Shown: in pieces, positions 11,322-20,580 of the stretch
Position numbering within the stretch: position 1 is the stretch's first letter
Layout of the letters: every line of letters starts with the position of its first letter
DNA from: a virus
Taxonomy: Duplodnaviria > Heunggongvirae > Uroviricota > Caudoviricetes
IMG/VR virus record: IMGVR_UViG_3300042402_002792
Direction: 5' to 3' (one strand)
DNA: 64,000 nt
Notes under the pieces: generated by a model
Told to the model about the DNA's origin: nothing
Database searches by the model: none
What the model saw: the letters and a program-made list of their open reading frames with translations, nothing else
Program-made: the position numbers and the translations under genes

Positions 11322-12317
11322 ATGGCAACATTACAAGATACAACGATTGCTAGTGCAGGTTATTTAAGGTTACCTGTTGGTAATACTGGACAACGAGGCC
11401 AAAATGGTGCCGGAAGCATTAGATATAACACAGATCAAAGTGCAGCCGAAATATGGAATGGTACTAACTGGAGTAGGGTTGCAACAATTGCACCACCATT
11501 TCCTCCAGGACAAAGTAATTATACTAGTGGAGGAACATATACATGGACTGCTCCTAGTCCAGTAACTTCAGTTAACGTTCTAGCTATCGGCGGCGGCGGC
11601 GGTGGCTTGAACGATTGGGCAAATCCAGGTGGCGCAGGTGGCGGACTAGGTTGGGCAAACAATATTCCAGTAAACCCAGGACAAGGATATACAGTAGTAG
11701 TTGGAGGAGGTGGCGGCAACGGTAGTAACGGTGGAACTAGTTACTTTCAATCAACAGCTACAGTATCAGGATACGGTGGCGGATCAGGGTGGGGAGGACA
11801 AACAGGCGGCCCTAGTAGTAACGGACGTGGCGGCGGTTATGCAGGTGGTGGCGGCGGTGCTGGCGGCAATGCTACTGATTGGACTGGCGGCGGCGGTGCT
11901 GGCGGATATACTGGTCGAGGTGGCAACTTAAACGAATGGGCTCCTGCTGGTGGTGGTGGCGCAGGCGGATTCCATCATAGTTCACACCTTGGAACAGGTG
12001 GGGGCGGCGGTGTTGGAATTTATGGACAAGGAAGTCCAGGACAGGGATTTTATACTCCATGGAATGGACAAAACAGTCCAGGCGGTGGCGGTCTTGGTGG
12101 ATCAGGCGGCCAGTTAGGCCTATGGGGTCAAAACCCATGGAGTTACAGTGGCGTAGAATCTAATAATATTTACGGCGGCCAATATGGCGGTGGCGGTGGC
12201 GGACCAGGAACTGGCTGGCCAGCAAGTTCAGGTGATGGTGCCACAGGAGCAGTTAGAGTTATTTGGGGAACAACTGTAAGTAGAGCATATCCAAGTACAG
12301 GTACAGGAGATCTATAA
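11322..12317 (+). CDS. Glycine-rich tail fibre tip / adhesin-like protein
   Basis: N-terminal LRLPVGxTGQR...IRYNTD...EIWNG fibre motif followed by many GGGG tracts; 13 Trp. Confidence 0.7.
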   Translation: MATLQDTTIASAGYLRLPVGNTGQRGQNGAGSIRYNTDQSAAEIWNGTNWSRVATIAPPFPPGQSNYTSGGTYTWTAPSPVTSVNVLAIGGGGGGLNDWANPGGAGGGLGWANNIPVNPGQGYTVVVGGGGGNGSNGGTSYFQSTATVSGYGGGSGWGGQTGGPSSNGRGGGYAGGGGGAGGNATDWTGGGGAGGYTGRGGNLNEWAPAGGGGAGGFHHSSHLGTGGGGGVGIYGQGSPGQGFYTPWNGQNSPGGGGLGGSGGQLGLWGQNPWSYSGVESNNIYGGQYGGGGGGPGTGWPASSGDGATGAVRVIWGTTVSRAYPSTGTGDL

Positions 12318-12913
12318 TGGATGAAGAACTATACATTAGAATGTTAAACGGTCGTCCAGTGGATCATCCTATGTTACGTAGCAACATAGAATCTTCATTC
12401 CCTGATGTAGATTTTGATAACTTACCAGACTGGTTAGCTAGATTCGAAAGAATTCCTAAACCAACTACAGACGGACCTTATGAAATTGTAAACGGTCCAG
12501 TGTATGTTGTTGTTGGAGATACTGTAAAGGATCAATGGTTTAAGCGTGAAATGACTGAAGAAGAACGCTTAACAAAACAAAGTAGAGCTAGAACAAATTT
12601 TCTAGCTGACGAAGGCAATGCTACTCGTCGATCAACATGGGTGTTTGATGAAATACAATGTGCATTCATTCCTCCTATCCCACACCCAACAGACGGCAAA
12701 GGGTATCTTTGGAGTGATGCTAATCAAAACTGGATAGAGGTAATACCGCCAGAAAGAACTGAATGGATTGAAGGCACTGGAGGAATTCGACGTAAACCTC
12801 TTCCTTTAGAACCTGGACACTGGGTATGGAACGAAGAAACATCAGATTGGGTGAAAAATTCAGATTCACCTAATTCAAGTATGCAAGAACCTCCTCCATT
12901 CCCTCTTCCGTAA
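12317..12913 (+). CDS. Tail-fibre-associated Trp/Pro-rich protein (possible assembly chaperone)
   Basis: TAATG-coupled to the adhesin gene; two PxP...Y/HxWxE..xxW repeats. Confidence 0.5.
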   Translation: MDEELYIRMLNGRPVDHPMLRSNIESSFPDVDFDNLPDWLARFERIPKPTTDGPYEIVNGPVYVVVGDTVKDQWFKREMTEEERLTKQSRARTNFLADEGNATRRSTWVFDEIQCAFIPPIPHPTDGKGYLWSDANQNWIEVIPPERTEWIEGTGGIRRKPLPLEPGHWVWNEETSDWVKNSDSPNSSMQEPPPFPLP

Positions 12914-12936
12914 TCAATATTACTTAGACTTTAACT

Positions 12937-12970
12937 AACCCTTGATAACTAATATTATCAAGGGTTTTTT
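12937..12970 (+). terminator. Intrinsic terminator-like hairpin
   Basis: AACCCTTGATAA-ctaata-TTATCAAGGGTT followed by TTTT. Confidence 0.65.
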
Positions 12971-13588
12971 ATGAGTAATTACAAAGGTATATCAAATTCA
13001 ATTAGATCTAGATCTTTAATAACACAGCCTTTTTGTTACTGGACTGGTGTTTTTAATGATCGAGAATTAAGTGAGATTCAAAGAATTATGGCCAACGATT
13101 CGTTAACTGATTCAATGATATCTGGAAATGTTGGAGTTATTGATAAAGATATACGCCGATCTAAAGTTAGCTTTTGTACTTGTACTGAACAAACTCAATG
13201 GATATTTGATCGACTAAATCCTATTATTGATAATTTAAATACTAGATTTTTTAATTTTGATATTAACGGCTATGATACTTTACAGTACAGCGAGTATCAT
13301 GCTAGTGAAAATGGAAAATATGATTGGCATGTTGATATGTATATAGGAGAATCTCCGCCTACTGACATAGATACAAGAAAACTATCATTAGTTGTTTGGT
13401 TAAATGACGACTACGAAGGCGGAGATTTTGAATTAATTTGTACCTCGCTCGACAGTCCTGTTACTATACCTAAAGAAAAAGGAAAATTAATTATATTCCC
13501 TTCGTTTTTATTTCATAGAGTTACACCAGTAACACGCGGTGTTAGGAAATCTTTAGTATCTTGGATATACGGACCTAAATTTAAGTAA
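12971..13588 (+). CDS. 2OG-Fe(II) oxygenase (PKHD/prolyl-hydroxylase type)
   Basis: WHVD...RKLS...FPSFLFHRVTPVTRGVRKSLV: HxD...H...R triad. Confidence 0.9.
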   Translation: MSNYKGISNSIRSRSLITQPFCYWTGVFNDRELSEIQRIMANDSLTDSMISGNVGVIDKDIRRSKVSFCTCTEQTQWIFDRLNPIIDNLNTRFFNFDINGYDTLQYSEYHASENGKYDWHVDMYIGESPPTDIDTRKLSLVVWLNDDYEGGDFELICTSLDSPVTIPKEKGKLIIFPSFLFHRVTPVTRGVRKSLVSWIYGPKFK

Positions 13589-14114
13589 CGTCCCAATTAT
13601 AAAAATTAAAATTTATTACACAACGATTTTTTGCATTAGTACATGTTGTACCAGTATGCATAATGTTAGAGTCAAAAATTACCATTCGATTAGCTACTGA
13701 ATGTACTCGCTCACCGTTTTGAAATAGTGTATAACCGTCGTTAGAGTTAAGATAAAATACCGAAGTTTTTCCTTTGAAATTTAATATATCTGTATGTAAC
13801 TGATGTTCAACTATCTTGTCTGCTCTAGGTATAAGATTAGCTTTTATTTTTAAGATAGCCGACGGATTAAGTTTTATCAAGATAGGATCTAATACTTGAA
13901 AAAACTCACTACATATTGTATAGTTTCTATAAAATGCGTGAGTAAATTGATAATCATAATAAGATGCTAAGTCACTTTTTTCAGCATTACTTAGAAGAGC
14001 ATGATTTACAATATATTTGTTCTGAAACCAAGGAATATGCGATCCTAACAAAATATCTTGTAATTTTTCAAAATCAGTTTTGTTTAGAAAGTTATCTACA
14101 ATTTTAAAATCCAT
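13581..14114 (-). CDS. 2OG-Fe(II) oxygenase-like protein
   Basis: IVDNFL start, HTD, NRMVIFDSNIMH, RCVINFN. Confidence 0.8.
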   Translation of the reverse strand: MDFKIVDNFLNKTDFEKLQDILLGSHIPWFQNKYIVNHALLSNAEKSDLASYYDYQFTHAFYRNYTICSEFFQVLDPILIKLNPSAILKIKANLIPRADKIVEHQLHTDILNFKGKTSVFYLNSNDGYTLFQNGERVHSVANRMVIFDSNIMHTGTTCTNAKNRCVINFNFYNWDVT

Positions 14115-14153
14115 GAAAATATTTATGATGATTTTTTTTAACGTAAATAAAAG

Positions 14154-15620
14154 ATGAAAAACACAAACTCGATACTGATTGTAGGTGGAGGTACAGCTGC
14201 CTTAATAGCCGGAATAATTCTTAAGAAAAAACTAAACATTCAAGTTGACATAGTCCATTCTTCGAACATTGGTATTATTGGTGTCGGTGAAAGTAGTACA
14301 GAACATTGGCGAGAATTCTGTACATTTGTAGGAATAAATCACGTTGAAGCATTAGTGGCCTGTAATGCTACTTATAAAACAGGAATAACTTTTAAAGGCT
14401 GGGGTAAAAAAACATGGGTGCATCATGTTAATCCAGATTTTGCAAAAAAATGGGGTCAATATTCTCCTATATACGCTAAACAAATAGCAGAGGATAGTTC
14501 TTACCTAGCACCAGATTTTATACGAAATAATAAATTACCGAAACATCTTCTTAATAAACCCGAAGTATGGCCTGCTAACCAATTTAATTTTGATACTTAT
14601 AAATTAAACGAGTATCTCACCTCAATAGCTAAATCATTTGGTATTAACTTTTTTGACGATGAAATTAATGAAATTTTTTTAGACGATCAAGGAAACATTA
14701 AGAATTTAAAAGGTAATAAGTTTATCTATGAATATGATTTTTATCTAGATTGTACAGGCTTTAAAAGATTGCTGATGAATAAGTTAGGCTGCGAATGGCA
14801 GAGTTTTTCAAAATATTTAAAAACTAATTCAGCAATTGTGTTTCAAACTCCAGACACTGATAATTATGAAGTAACGGTTACTGCCCAAGCAATGGATTAT
14901 GGCTGGATGTTTAGAATTCCAACATACGGCCGATACGGAAACGGATATGTTTTTGATAATAATCACATAACACCAGAGCAAGCTAAACAAGAAGTTGAAT
15001 CAAAATATTTTAAAGATATTGATGTGAGAAAAGTTATTACTTTTGATCCAGGTCAGGTTAAAGAGCCCTGGATCAAAAATTGTGTAGCTATAGGACTAAG
15101 CGGAAGTTTTATTGAGCCTTTAGAAGCAACTAGTATATCTACAACTATCCAACAAGCATTTGTACTAATGCATCACTTGCCATTTTACGATGATAAATCG
15201 ATAAAGAAATATAATACAAGTTTTACTGATATACTTGAAAACATTCGTGATTTTATTATAATACATTATCTAAACAAGAGTGAAAAAACAAACTTTTGGA
15301 AAGAGTATAATCAAATTAAACTACCAGATTCTTTACAAGAAAATTTAGATATATGGAAACATAGACTTCCTATAGCTGAAGATTTCGCACACCTATCATC
15401 ATATGTATTATTCCATGCTGATAACTTTACATTAGCTCTTAACGGTGTAGATCATTTTGATAAAGAATCAATTAGAAAAGAATACACGGCACAAAATCCG
15501 TATATACAAGCTGAATCTGAAAAACAACTTGACTATTTAAAATATCAAGACGGTAATACTGTTTGTATTAATCATAAAGATTTTGTATCATTAACAAGAG
15601 GGGTTTTTAATGTCAATTGA
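14154..15620 (+). CDS. Flavin-dependent (tryptophan) halogenase homologue
   Basis: GGGTAA, GVGES, ATYK (catalytic Lys position), DCTGF, WMFRIP, FIEPLEATS. Confidence 0.9.
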   Translation: MKNTNSILIVGGGTAALIAGIILKKKLNIQVDIVHSSNIGIIGVGESSTEHWREFCTFVGINHVEALVACNATYKTGITFKGWGKKTWVHHVNPDFAKKWGQYSPIYAKQIAEDSSYLAPDFIRNNKLPKHLLNKPEVWPANQFNFDTYKLNEYLTSIAKSFGINFFDDEINEIFLDDQGNIKNLKGNKFIYEYDFYLDCTGFKRLLMNKLGCEWQSFSKYLKTNSAIVFQTPDTDNYEVTVTAQAMDYGWMFRIPTYGRYGNGYVFDNNHITPEQAKQEVESKYFKDIDVRKVITFDPGQVKEPWIKNCVAIGLSGSFIEPLEATSISTTIQQAFVLMHHLPFYDDKSIKKYNTSFTDILENIRDFIIIHYLNKSEKTNFWKEYNQIKLPDSLQENLDIWKHRLPIAEDFAHLSSYVLFHADNFTLALNGVDHFDKESIRKEYTAQNPYIQAESEKQLDYLKYQDGNTVCINHKDFVSLTRGVFNVN

Positions 15621-16221
15621 GATGGTATTTCCTATTCCAGTAATGCTGGACAAATTCCATAGGTCTTTAACAACTGAAGAAATGGATTATGCAAGATCTG
15701 TTTCTTTAAGAAAAAATGTTTCTAATCGTAGTTCTTCTGAGACATATGTTCTTAAAAATCCTATGTTTAAAGAACTAAGTAGCTGGTTAGATTCTAAAGC
15801 AAAGAAATTTTTTTATGATATCTATAATCCGTCAGGGCAAGTAGAATTATATATTACACAATCTTGGATCAATCATAGTGAAGTTGGAGAAGAGCACCAC
15901 GTACATGCACATCCAAATAGTATTGTTAGCGGAGTTTTTTATTTTGATGCAGATCCAACCGTTGATAAAATTACTTTTGTAAAAACTATTACTAAAGATA
16001 TTGATATAATTCCTGTACAATATAATCCTTTTAATTCAAATACCTGGTATTATAGTGTTGATATCGGACAATTAGTATTGTTCCCATCGACCTTAAAACA
16101 TACTGTTGAATCTGTTTTGCCTTCGCCAAAACGTAAAACAAGAATCAGTTTGTCATTTAATACATTTATTAGAGGACATATAAATCCAGGCATTGAGTTA
16201 TCGGAGTTAATATTACCATGA
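15610..16221 (+). CDS. Putative 2OG-Fe(II) oxygenase (TIGR02466-like)
   Basis: SWIN, HxHPNS, SGVFY, LFPSTLKHTV, RISLSFN. Confidence 0.85.
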   Translation: MSIEMVFPIPVMLDKFHRSLTTEEMDYARSVSLRKNVSNRSSSETYVLKNPMFKELSSWLDSKAKKFFYDIYNPSGQVELYITQSWINHSEVGEEHHVHAHPNSIVSGVFYFDADPTVDKITFVKTITKDIDIIPVQYNPFNSNTWYYSVDIGQLVLFPSTLKHTVESVLPSPKRKTRISLSFNTFIRGHINPGIELSELILP

Positions 16222-16775
16222 ATTACGATTTACGTAACTATTGCAAAGTATATCATAATTACTTTGATGAAGAGTTTTGTACCAAAATACTTAATTCAAT
16301 TAATACAGTTGAATGGGGTGTTCATCGATACTATACACAGACTGGAGAGTACGTAAGTACTGATACTGATTTATCAGTATCATTTAGTGAAATACCTGAG
16401 AGTTACAATATACATAATGCAACAGGACAACTAGTAACACATTACCAACAAGAGCTTAATTTTCCATGGTATGGTGGCTTTCATGCCATTACTACTGCTC
16501 GGTTCAACAGATACGATAAAAATACAAATATGATGCCCCACTGTGATCATATACATTCTTTATTTGACGGCGAAAGAAAAGGCATACCGATATTGTCGAT
16601 AGTTGGTTCATTAAATAATGATTATACAGGCGGCGAATTCATAATGTGGAACGAAGAAAAAATAGACCTACCAGCAGGTTCCGTAATGATTTTTCCAAGT
16701 AATTTTTTATATCCGCACGAAGTTAAACCTGTCATAACAGGAACTAGATATAGTTTTGTTCAGTGGGTTTGGTAA
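16218..16775 (+). CDS. 2OG-Fe(II) oxygenase (prolyl 4-hydroxylase-like)
   Basis: HCD, LNNDYTGGEF, FPSNFLYPHEVKPVITGTRYS. Confidence 0.9.
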   Translation: MNYDLRNYCKVYHNYFDEEFCTKILNSINTVEWGVHRYYTQTGEYVSTDTDLSVSFSEIPESYNIHNATGQLVTHYQQELNFPWYGGFHAITTARFNRYDKNTNMMPHCDHIHSLFDGERKGIPILSIVGSLNNDYTGGEFIMWNEEKIDLPAGSVMIFPSNFLYPHEVKPVITGTRYSFVQWVW

Positions 16776-18476
16776 TTATTTAAAGTATATCAACGTTTTG
16801 ATATCTGGCATATACAAATAATTAATCCCAGAATTCCTGCATGATTCGAATGCACCTTCTACTGTCTCAATAATAGGTTCATGACTAAGATTAAAACTAG
16901 TGTTCATTAACATAGGAATGCCAGTTTTTTTATAAAATTCTGAAATTAAATTGTAGAAAACTATATTTTGATTTTGATTTACTGTTTGAATTCTACAAGT
17001 ACCATTGACATGCACTACAGCTGGAACTTGTTCTTTAGCATTATCCTTAGCATCTAATGCAAACATCATAAATGGACTAGACTCTAACCCATGCAGTTCG
17101 AACCATTTATTAGCTTCTTCTTCGAGTATAGAGGCAGCGAACGGTCTAAATTCTTCTCTACCTTTAACTACGTTAAGTAATTCTTTACCATTTGTAAGTC
17201 TTGGATCACAAAGTAATGATCTATTACCTAATGCTCTAGGTCCTGATTCTGCTTTACCTTGAAATAATGCAACAACACTTCCGCTCCTAATTACTTCAGC
17301 AACTGTTGCTTCATCAACATTTTTATATTCAAATTCTCCGTCTTGAATTTTATAATTATATGTAGGCTCTGCTCCGCATAGATAGACATTTTCAAGTTTA
17401 TTAGCCTCTTTACTACCGCAATTTTCATAGTGATAATATCTAGCCATACCTATACAATTTGCTTCATCTCCACATGTGGGTTCTACATACATATTAATAT
17501 CTGGAAGATTCTTTTTATAATAGTTGTTAGCTACAACGTTTAAAGATACACCACCTGTTAAAATTAAATTGTTTCTTCCTGATTTTTTTAAAATTTTCTC
17601 TAAAAAATTTAGACCTTGGGTTTCTAAATTCTTTTGTGTTATGTACGCTAAATTTGAAAGCTTTTCTTGATTATTCATAGCTTCCGAATACTTACCCCAT
17701 GCAAAATGTCTATGATTGAAATTAGCATCAAAATAATGTGACGACATATCAAAAATACCTTGCTCATTTATAAAAGGTTTAAAATAGTCATCATCTTTAC
17801 CGTAAGCAGACAATCCCAACATTTTGCCACCTTCGTCGTCAAATCCTAATGATCTACTCATTGCTTCATACTGTAATCCTATATCATAGTCGTTTCTGAT
17901 TTGAATTGTAGCATTTTTTGTTTGCCAAACCGGCCAGTTTTCTTTCGATGCCCCAAAACCGTTATCCCAAATAATTGTTGTATTATCGTCTATTTTTCTA
18001 GGAGTATAAAATCTTTTATAGATTGCTGTAAAATTATTAGGGTAGTTAGCTAAAAACACTGTAGTAGTTTCGTATGCAGAATAGCCATTATTTAATGAAT
18101 AACAAGATCCTTTTCCGTCCCATACAACAATTACAGCATCTTTCATTCCAGAATTATAAAAAGCATTAGCAGCGTGAGCAAGGTGATGATTTCTATTATT
18201 ATAATGATAAGAAAATCTTCGACTAAATTTAACACCTAGTTTTTTTAGCAACGAAATTATTGAGATATCTTCACTTTTGTATGAATCATAACCAGTAATT
18301 ACTAATTTGTCTATGGTTATGTTTAATTTAACAATTTCTTTAATACAATTTAAAGGAAAACCAGAATCTTTTTTTATTCTAGAAAGACGCTCTTCTTGAT
18401 TAAAATATATAATGTTATTATTTTCTAATAAGCATACAGATGATAGGTGATGCTTTTGAATACCTAAAGTAATCAT
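16776..18476 (-). CDS. Carbamoyltransferase, NodU/CmcH family
   Basis: EERLSRIK, HHLAHA, GKMLGLSAYG, GGVSLN, GPRALGNRS, RPFA, NTSFN. Confidence 0.95.
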   Translation of the reverse strand: MITLGIQKHHLSSVCLLENNNIIYFNQEERLSRIKKDSGFPLNCIKEIVKLNITIDKLVITGYDSYKSEDISIISLLKKLGVKFSRRFSYHYNNRNHHLAHAANAFYNSGMKDAVIVVWDGKGSCYSLNNGYSAYETTTVFLANYPNNFTAIYKRFYTPRKIDDNTTIIWDNGFGASKENWPVWQTKNATIQIRNDYDIGLQYEAMSRSLGFDDEGGKMLGLSAYGKDDDYFKPFINEQGIFDMSSHYFDANFNHRHFAWGKYSEAMNNQEKLSNLAYITQKNLETQGLNFLEKILKKSGRNNLILTGGVSLNVVANNYYKKNLPDINMYVEPTCGDEANCIGMARYYHYENCGSKEANKLENVYLCGAEPTYNYKIQDGEFEYKNVDEATVAEVIRSGSVVALFQGKAESGPRALGNRSLLCDPRLTNGKELLNVVKGREEFRPFAASILEEEANKWFELHGLESSPFMMFALDAKDNAKEQVPAVVHVNGTCRIQTVNQNQNIVFYNLISEFYKKTGIPMLMNTSFNLSHEPIIETVEGAFESCRNSGINYLYMPDIKTLIYFK

Positions 18477-19945
18477 ACAGGTCCTCTTTGTAAATGTTGT
18501 AATAAATCTTTATGATATGGAGCTTCGCTATGCATATCATTTAATATCTTTTTATATAAATCAAGAGATTGAAATATATCTTCATAAAATGCTAGTTTAA
18601 ATTTTTGTTTGAACATATCTAGTCCGTGAGCAACTAGTAAAAAACTATATAGAGGAAAATGACAGATAGCAAACACATTTTCTACATCTAATGGTCTTAA
18701 ATTAGCATACTCTATTCTATGAATAAATTCTTTTAAATGATCGGGAGTTTTATTTTTTTCTCTAAATTCACGCCAAAACAAACTATCATTTCTTTTAGTT
18801 AGATAATGGAAGTGTACAAAATCAGCACACAAGTCAGTTCCTTCTGTTACCATCTTGTTGTAAGCTTTTTGCGATTCTGCACTAGGATCAAATATTTCGT
18901 TAATGTACGATTTAAAATTGTTTAACTGCATCAAAGCTAACCACAATGATGTTGATTCTAACGGTTCTAAGAAATTAGCACTAAGACCGACTGCTAGACA
19001 ATTTTTAATCCATGCTTCGTCGTATCTACCTGGATCAAACGAAATAATTTTTCTAATATCAATTTCATGACCTAAGTACTCTTCTGCCTCTTGTTTAGCT
19101 TGATCCACAGAAATATAGTCTGAGTCAAATACGTATCCTGCACCTATTCTATGTTGCAACGGGATGTTCCACATCCAACCGTTTTTCATAGCAATACTAG
19201 ATGTATACGGAGCAACATCGTCTTTATTTTCTAACCAGAATGGTATTGCTTTTTTTGCAGGCAGAAATTTACTATAGCTTTGCCATTTAGATTTATATAG
19301 CTTTCCTATTAGTAAACGAGAAAAACCTGTGCAATCAAAAACAAAATCACAGTCAATTATTTTTTCGCTTTGTAGTTTTAAAGATTTTATAAATCCATTA
19401 TGATCTAAAACAGGTTCTAAAAATATGTCATCGATAGCTTGCACACCACGAGATTTTCCTATATCTTCTAAATAGTCTGCAAACTTAACCGAATCAAAAT
19501 GTAGTGCATATTTTGTATTTTTTAAATCAACTTTGTTGTTACTAGCTAATTTAATTTGATACATGTAGTCTTCAAAGTTTAAATTTTTATTAATTAAGAA
19601 TGCTTGAAAGTAATGATTAAAATCTCTATTAGTAAACGTGCCTATATTAGTTGAAGACATAGATTCTGTAAAGTCATGGAAATATTTAGAATTATCGCCA
19701 TTCCAGTTTTCAAAACTTATACCGTTTTTTATTGTTCCTTTGGTAACTCGTATCATATCCAAAGGATCAATATCGTGATCTCTTAACCAGTTTACTAGAT
19801 GCGGAGTAGTAGCTTCACCTACTCCGATGATACCTATTTCTTTACTCTGAATTAACGTGATAGAAGCTTGAGGTAGTAATTTTTGCATAGATATTGCAGT
19901 AATCCAACCTGCCGTGCCACCACCTAAAATTACAAATTTTGTCAT
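18473..19945 (-). CDS. Flavin-dependent (tryptophan) halogenase homologue
   Basis: GGGTAGW, GVGEAT, GTIK, WMWNIP, FLEPLESTS. Confidence 0.92.
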   Translation of the reverse strand: MTKFVILGGGTAGWITAISMQKLLPQASITLIQSKEIGIIGVGEATTPHLVNWLRDHDIDPLDMIRVTKGTIKNGISFENWNGDNSKYFHDFTESMSSTNIGTFTNRDFNHYFQAFLINKNLNFEDYMYQIKLASNNKVDLKNTKYALHFDSVKFADYLEDIGKSRGVQAIDDIFLEPVLDHNGFIKSLKLQSEKIIDCDFVFDCTGFSRLLIGKLYKSKWQSYSKFLPAKKAIPFWLENKDDVAPYTSSIAMKNGWMWNIPLQHRIGAGYVFDSDYISVDQAKQEAEEYLGHEIDIRKIISFDPGRYDEAWIKNCLAVGLSANFLEPLESTSLWLALMQLNNFKSYINEIFDPSAESQKAYNKMVTEGTDLCADFVHFHYLTKRNDSLFWREFREKNKTPDHLKEFIHRIEYANLRPLDVENVFAICHFPLYSFLLVAHGLDMFKQKFKLAFYEDIFQSLDLYKKILNDMHSEAPYHKDLLQHLQRGPV

Positions 19946-20538
19946 AGTCCGGATATTCCTGCATTAAATGCTATTGAGATTCTGTCAGAATCTAACAAGT
20001 TAGGTTCGACATAATGATTTAAAAACGATGGAAATATTATTAAGTCTCCTGGTTTAGGTTGAATACGCCATGTACCGGATGTAAAATCATTCCAGTCAGT
20101 AACAATATCGGGATTAATATGATATTGAAAATTTATAGCAGGATGTAAAAATACTATGCCACCTCCAACTTGCTCATCAGATTTAACATAATAGCTTCCT
20201 GAAAAAATAGACTTTGGATGTACATGTGGTCTATTAAAAGCAGACACTGGATTAATATTAATCCAAATATTTTCTAACGATATTGTATTTTTTTCTGTCT
20301 TAAGTTTCCAACACTCGGCAACTTTTGTAAGATTGTGATGAATCAAATCCGCTAGTTTTCCTATTTCTGCATTCGGAATAGATAGCGAATCACTTTGCCA
20401 ACCGCCTGCATTGCTTTTTAAAACACCGGTTGAGTTCTCTTTACAGTGGTAGCAATAATTTATAAGCTCATTATTGTCAATTTCTGTAAGTGATGTAGAT
20501 GCAATAAAGCTCGTAAAAACTGTTTCTATTTTAAGCAT
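19942..20538 (-). CDS. Putative 2OG-Fe(II) oxygenase (TIGR02466-like)
   Basis: SNAGGWQS, WININ, HVHP, IFPSFLNHYV, RISIAFN. Confidence 0.88.
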   Translation of the reverse strand: MLKIETVFTSFIASTSLTEIDNNELINYCYHCKENSTGVLKSNAGGWQSDSLSIPNAEIGKLADLIHHNLTKVAECWKLKTEKNTISLENIWININPVSAFNRPHVHPKSIFSGSYYVKSDEQVGGGIVFLHPAINFQYHINPDIVTDWNDFTSGTWRIQPKPGDLIIFPSFLNHYVEPNLLDSDRISIAFNAGISGL

Positions 20539-20580
20539 TTCATAAATAATATTAGCACTTTATTTATCAAGGGTCAATTT

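Noticed and set aside
1702-12138. Short antisense or alternate-frame ORFs inside fibre genes (e.g. 1702, 3580, 10326, 11519)
   Set aside because: Shadows of biased codon usage in long genes; no RBS or recognisable motifs. The same applies to those inside gp32, terminase and the early genes
9907-12317. Diversity-generating retroelement target in fibre genes
   Set aside because: No reverse transcriptase and no adenine-variant TR/VR pair seen; repeats are protein-level
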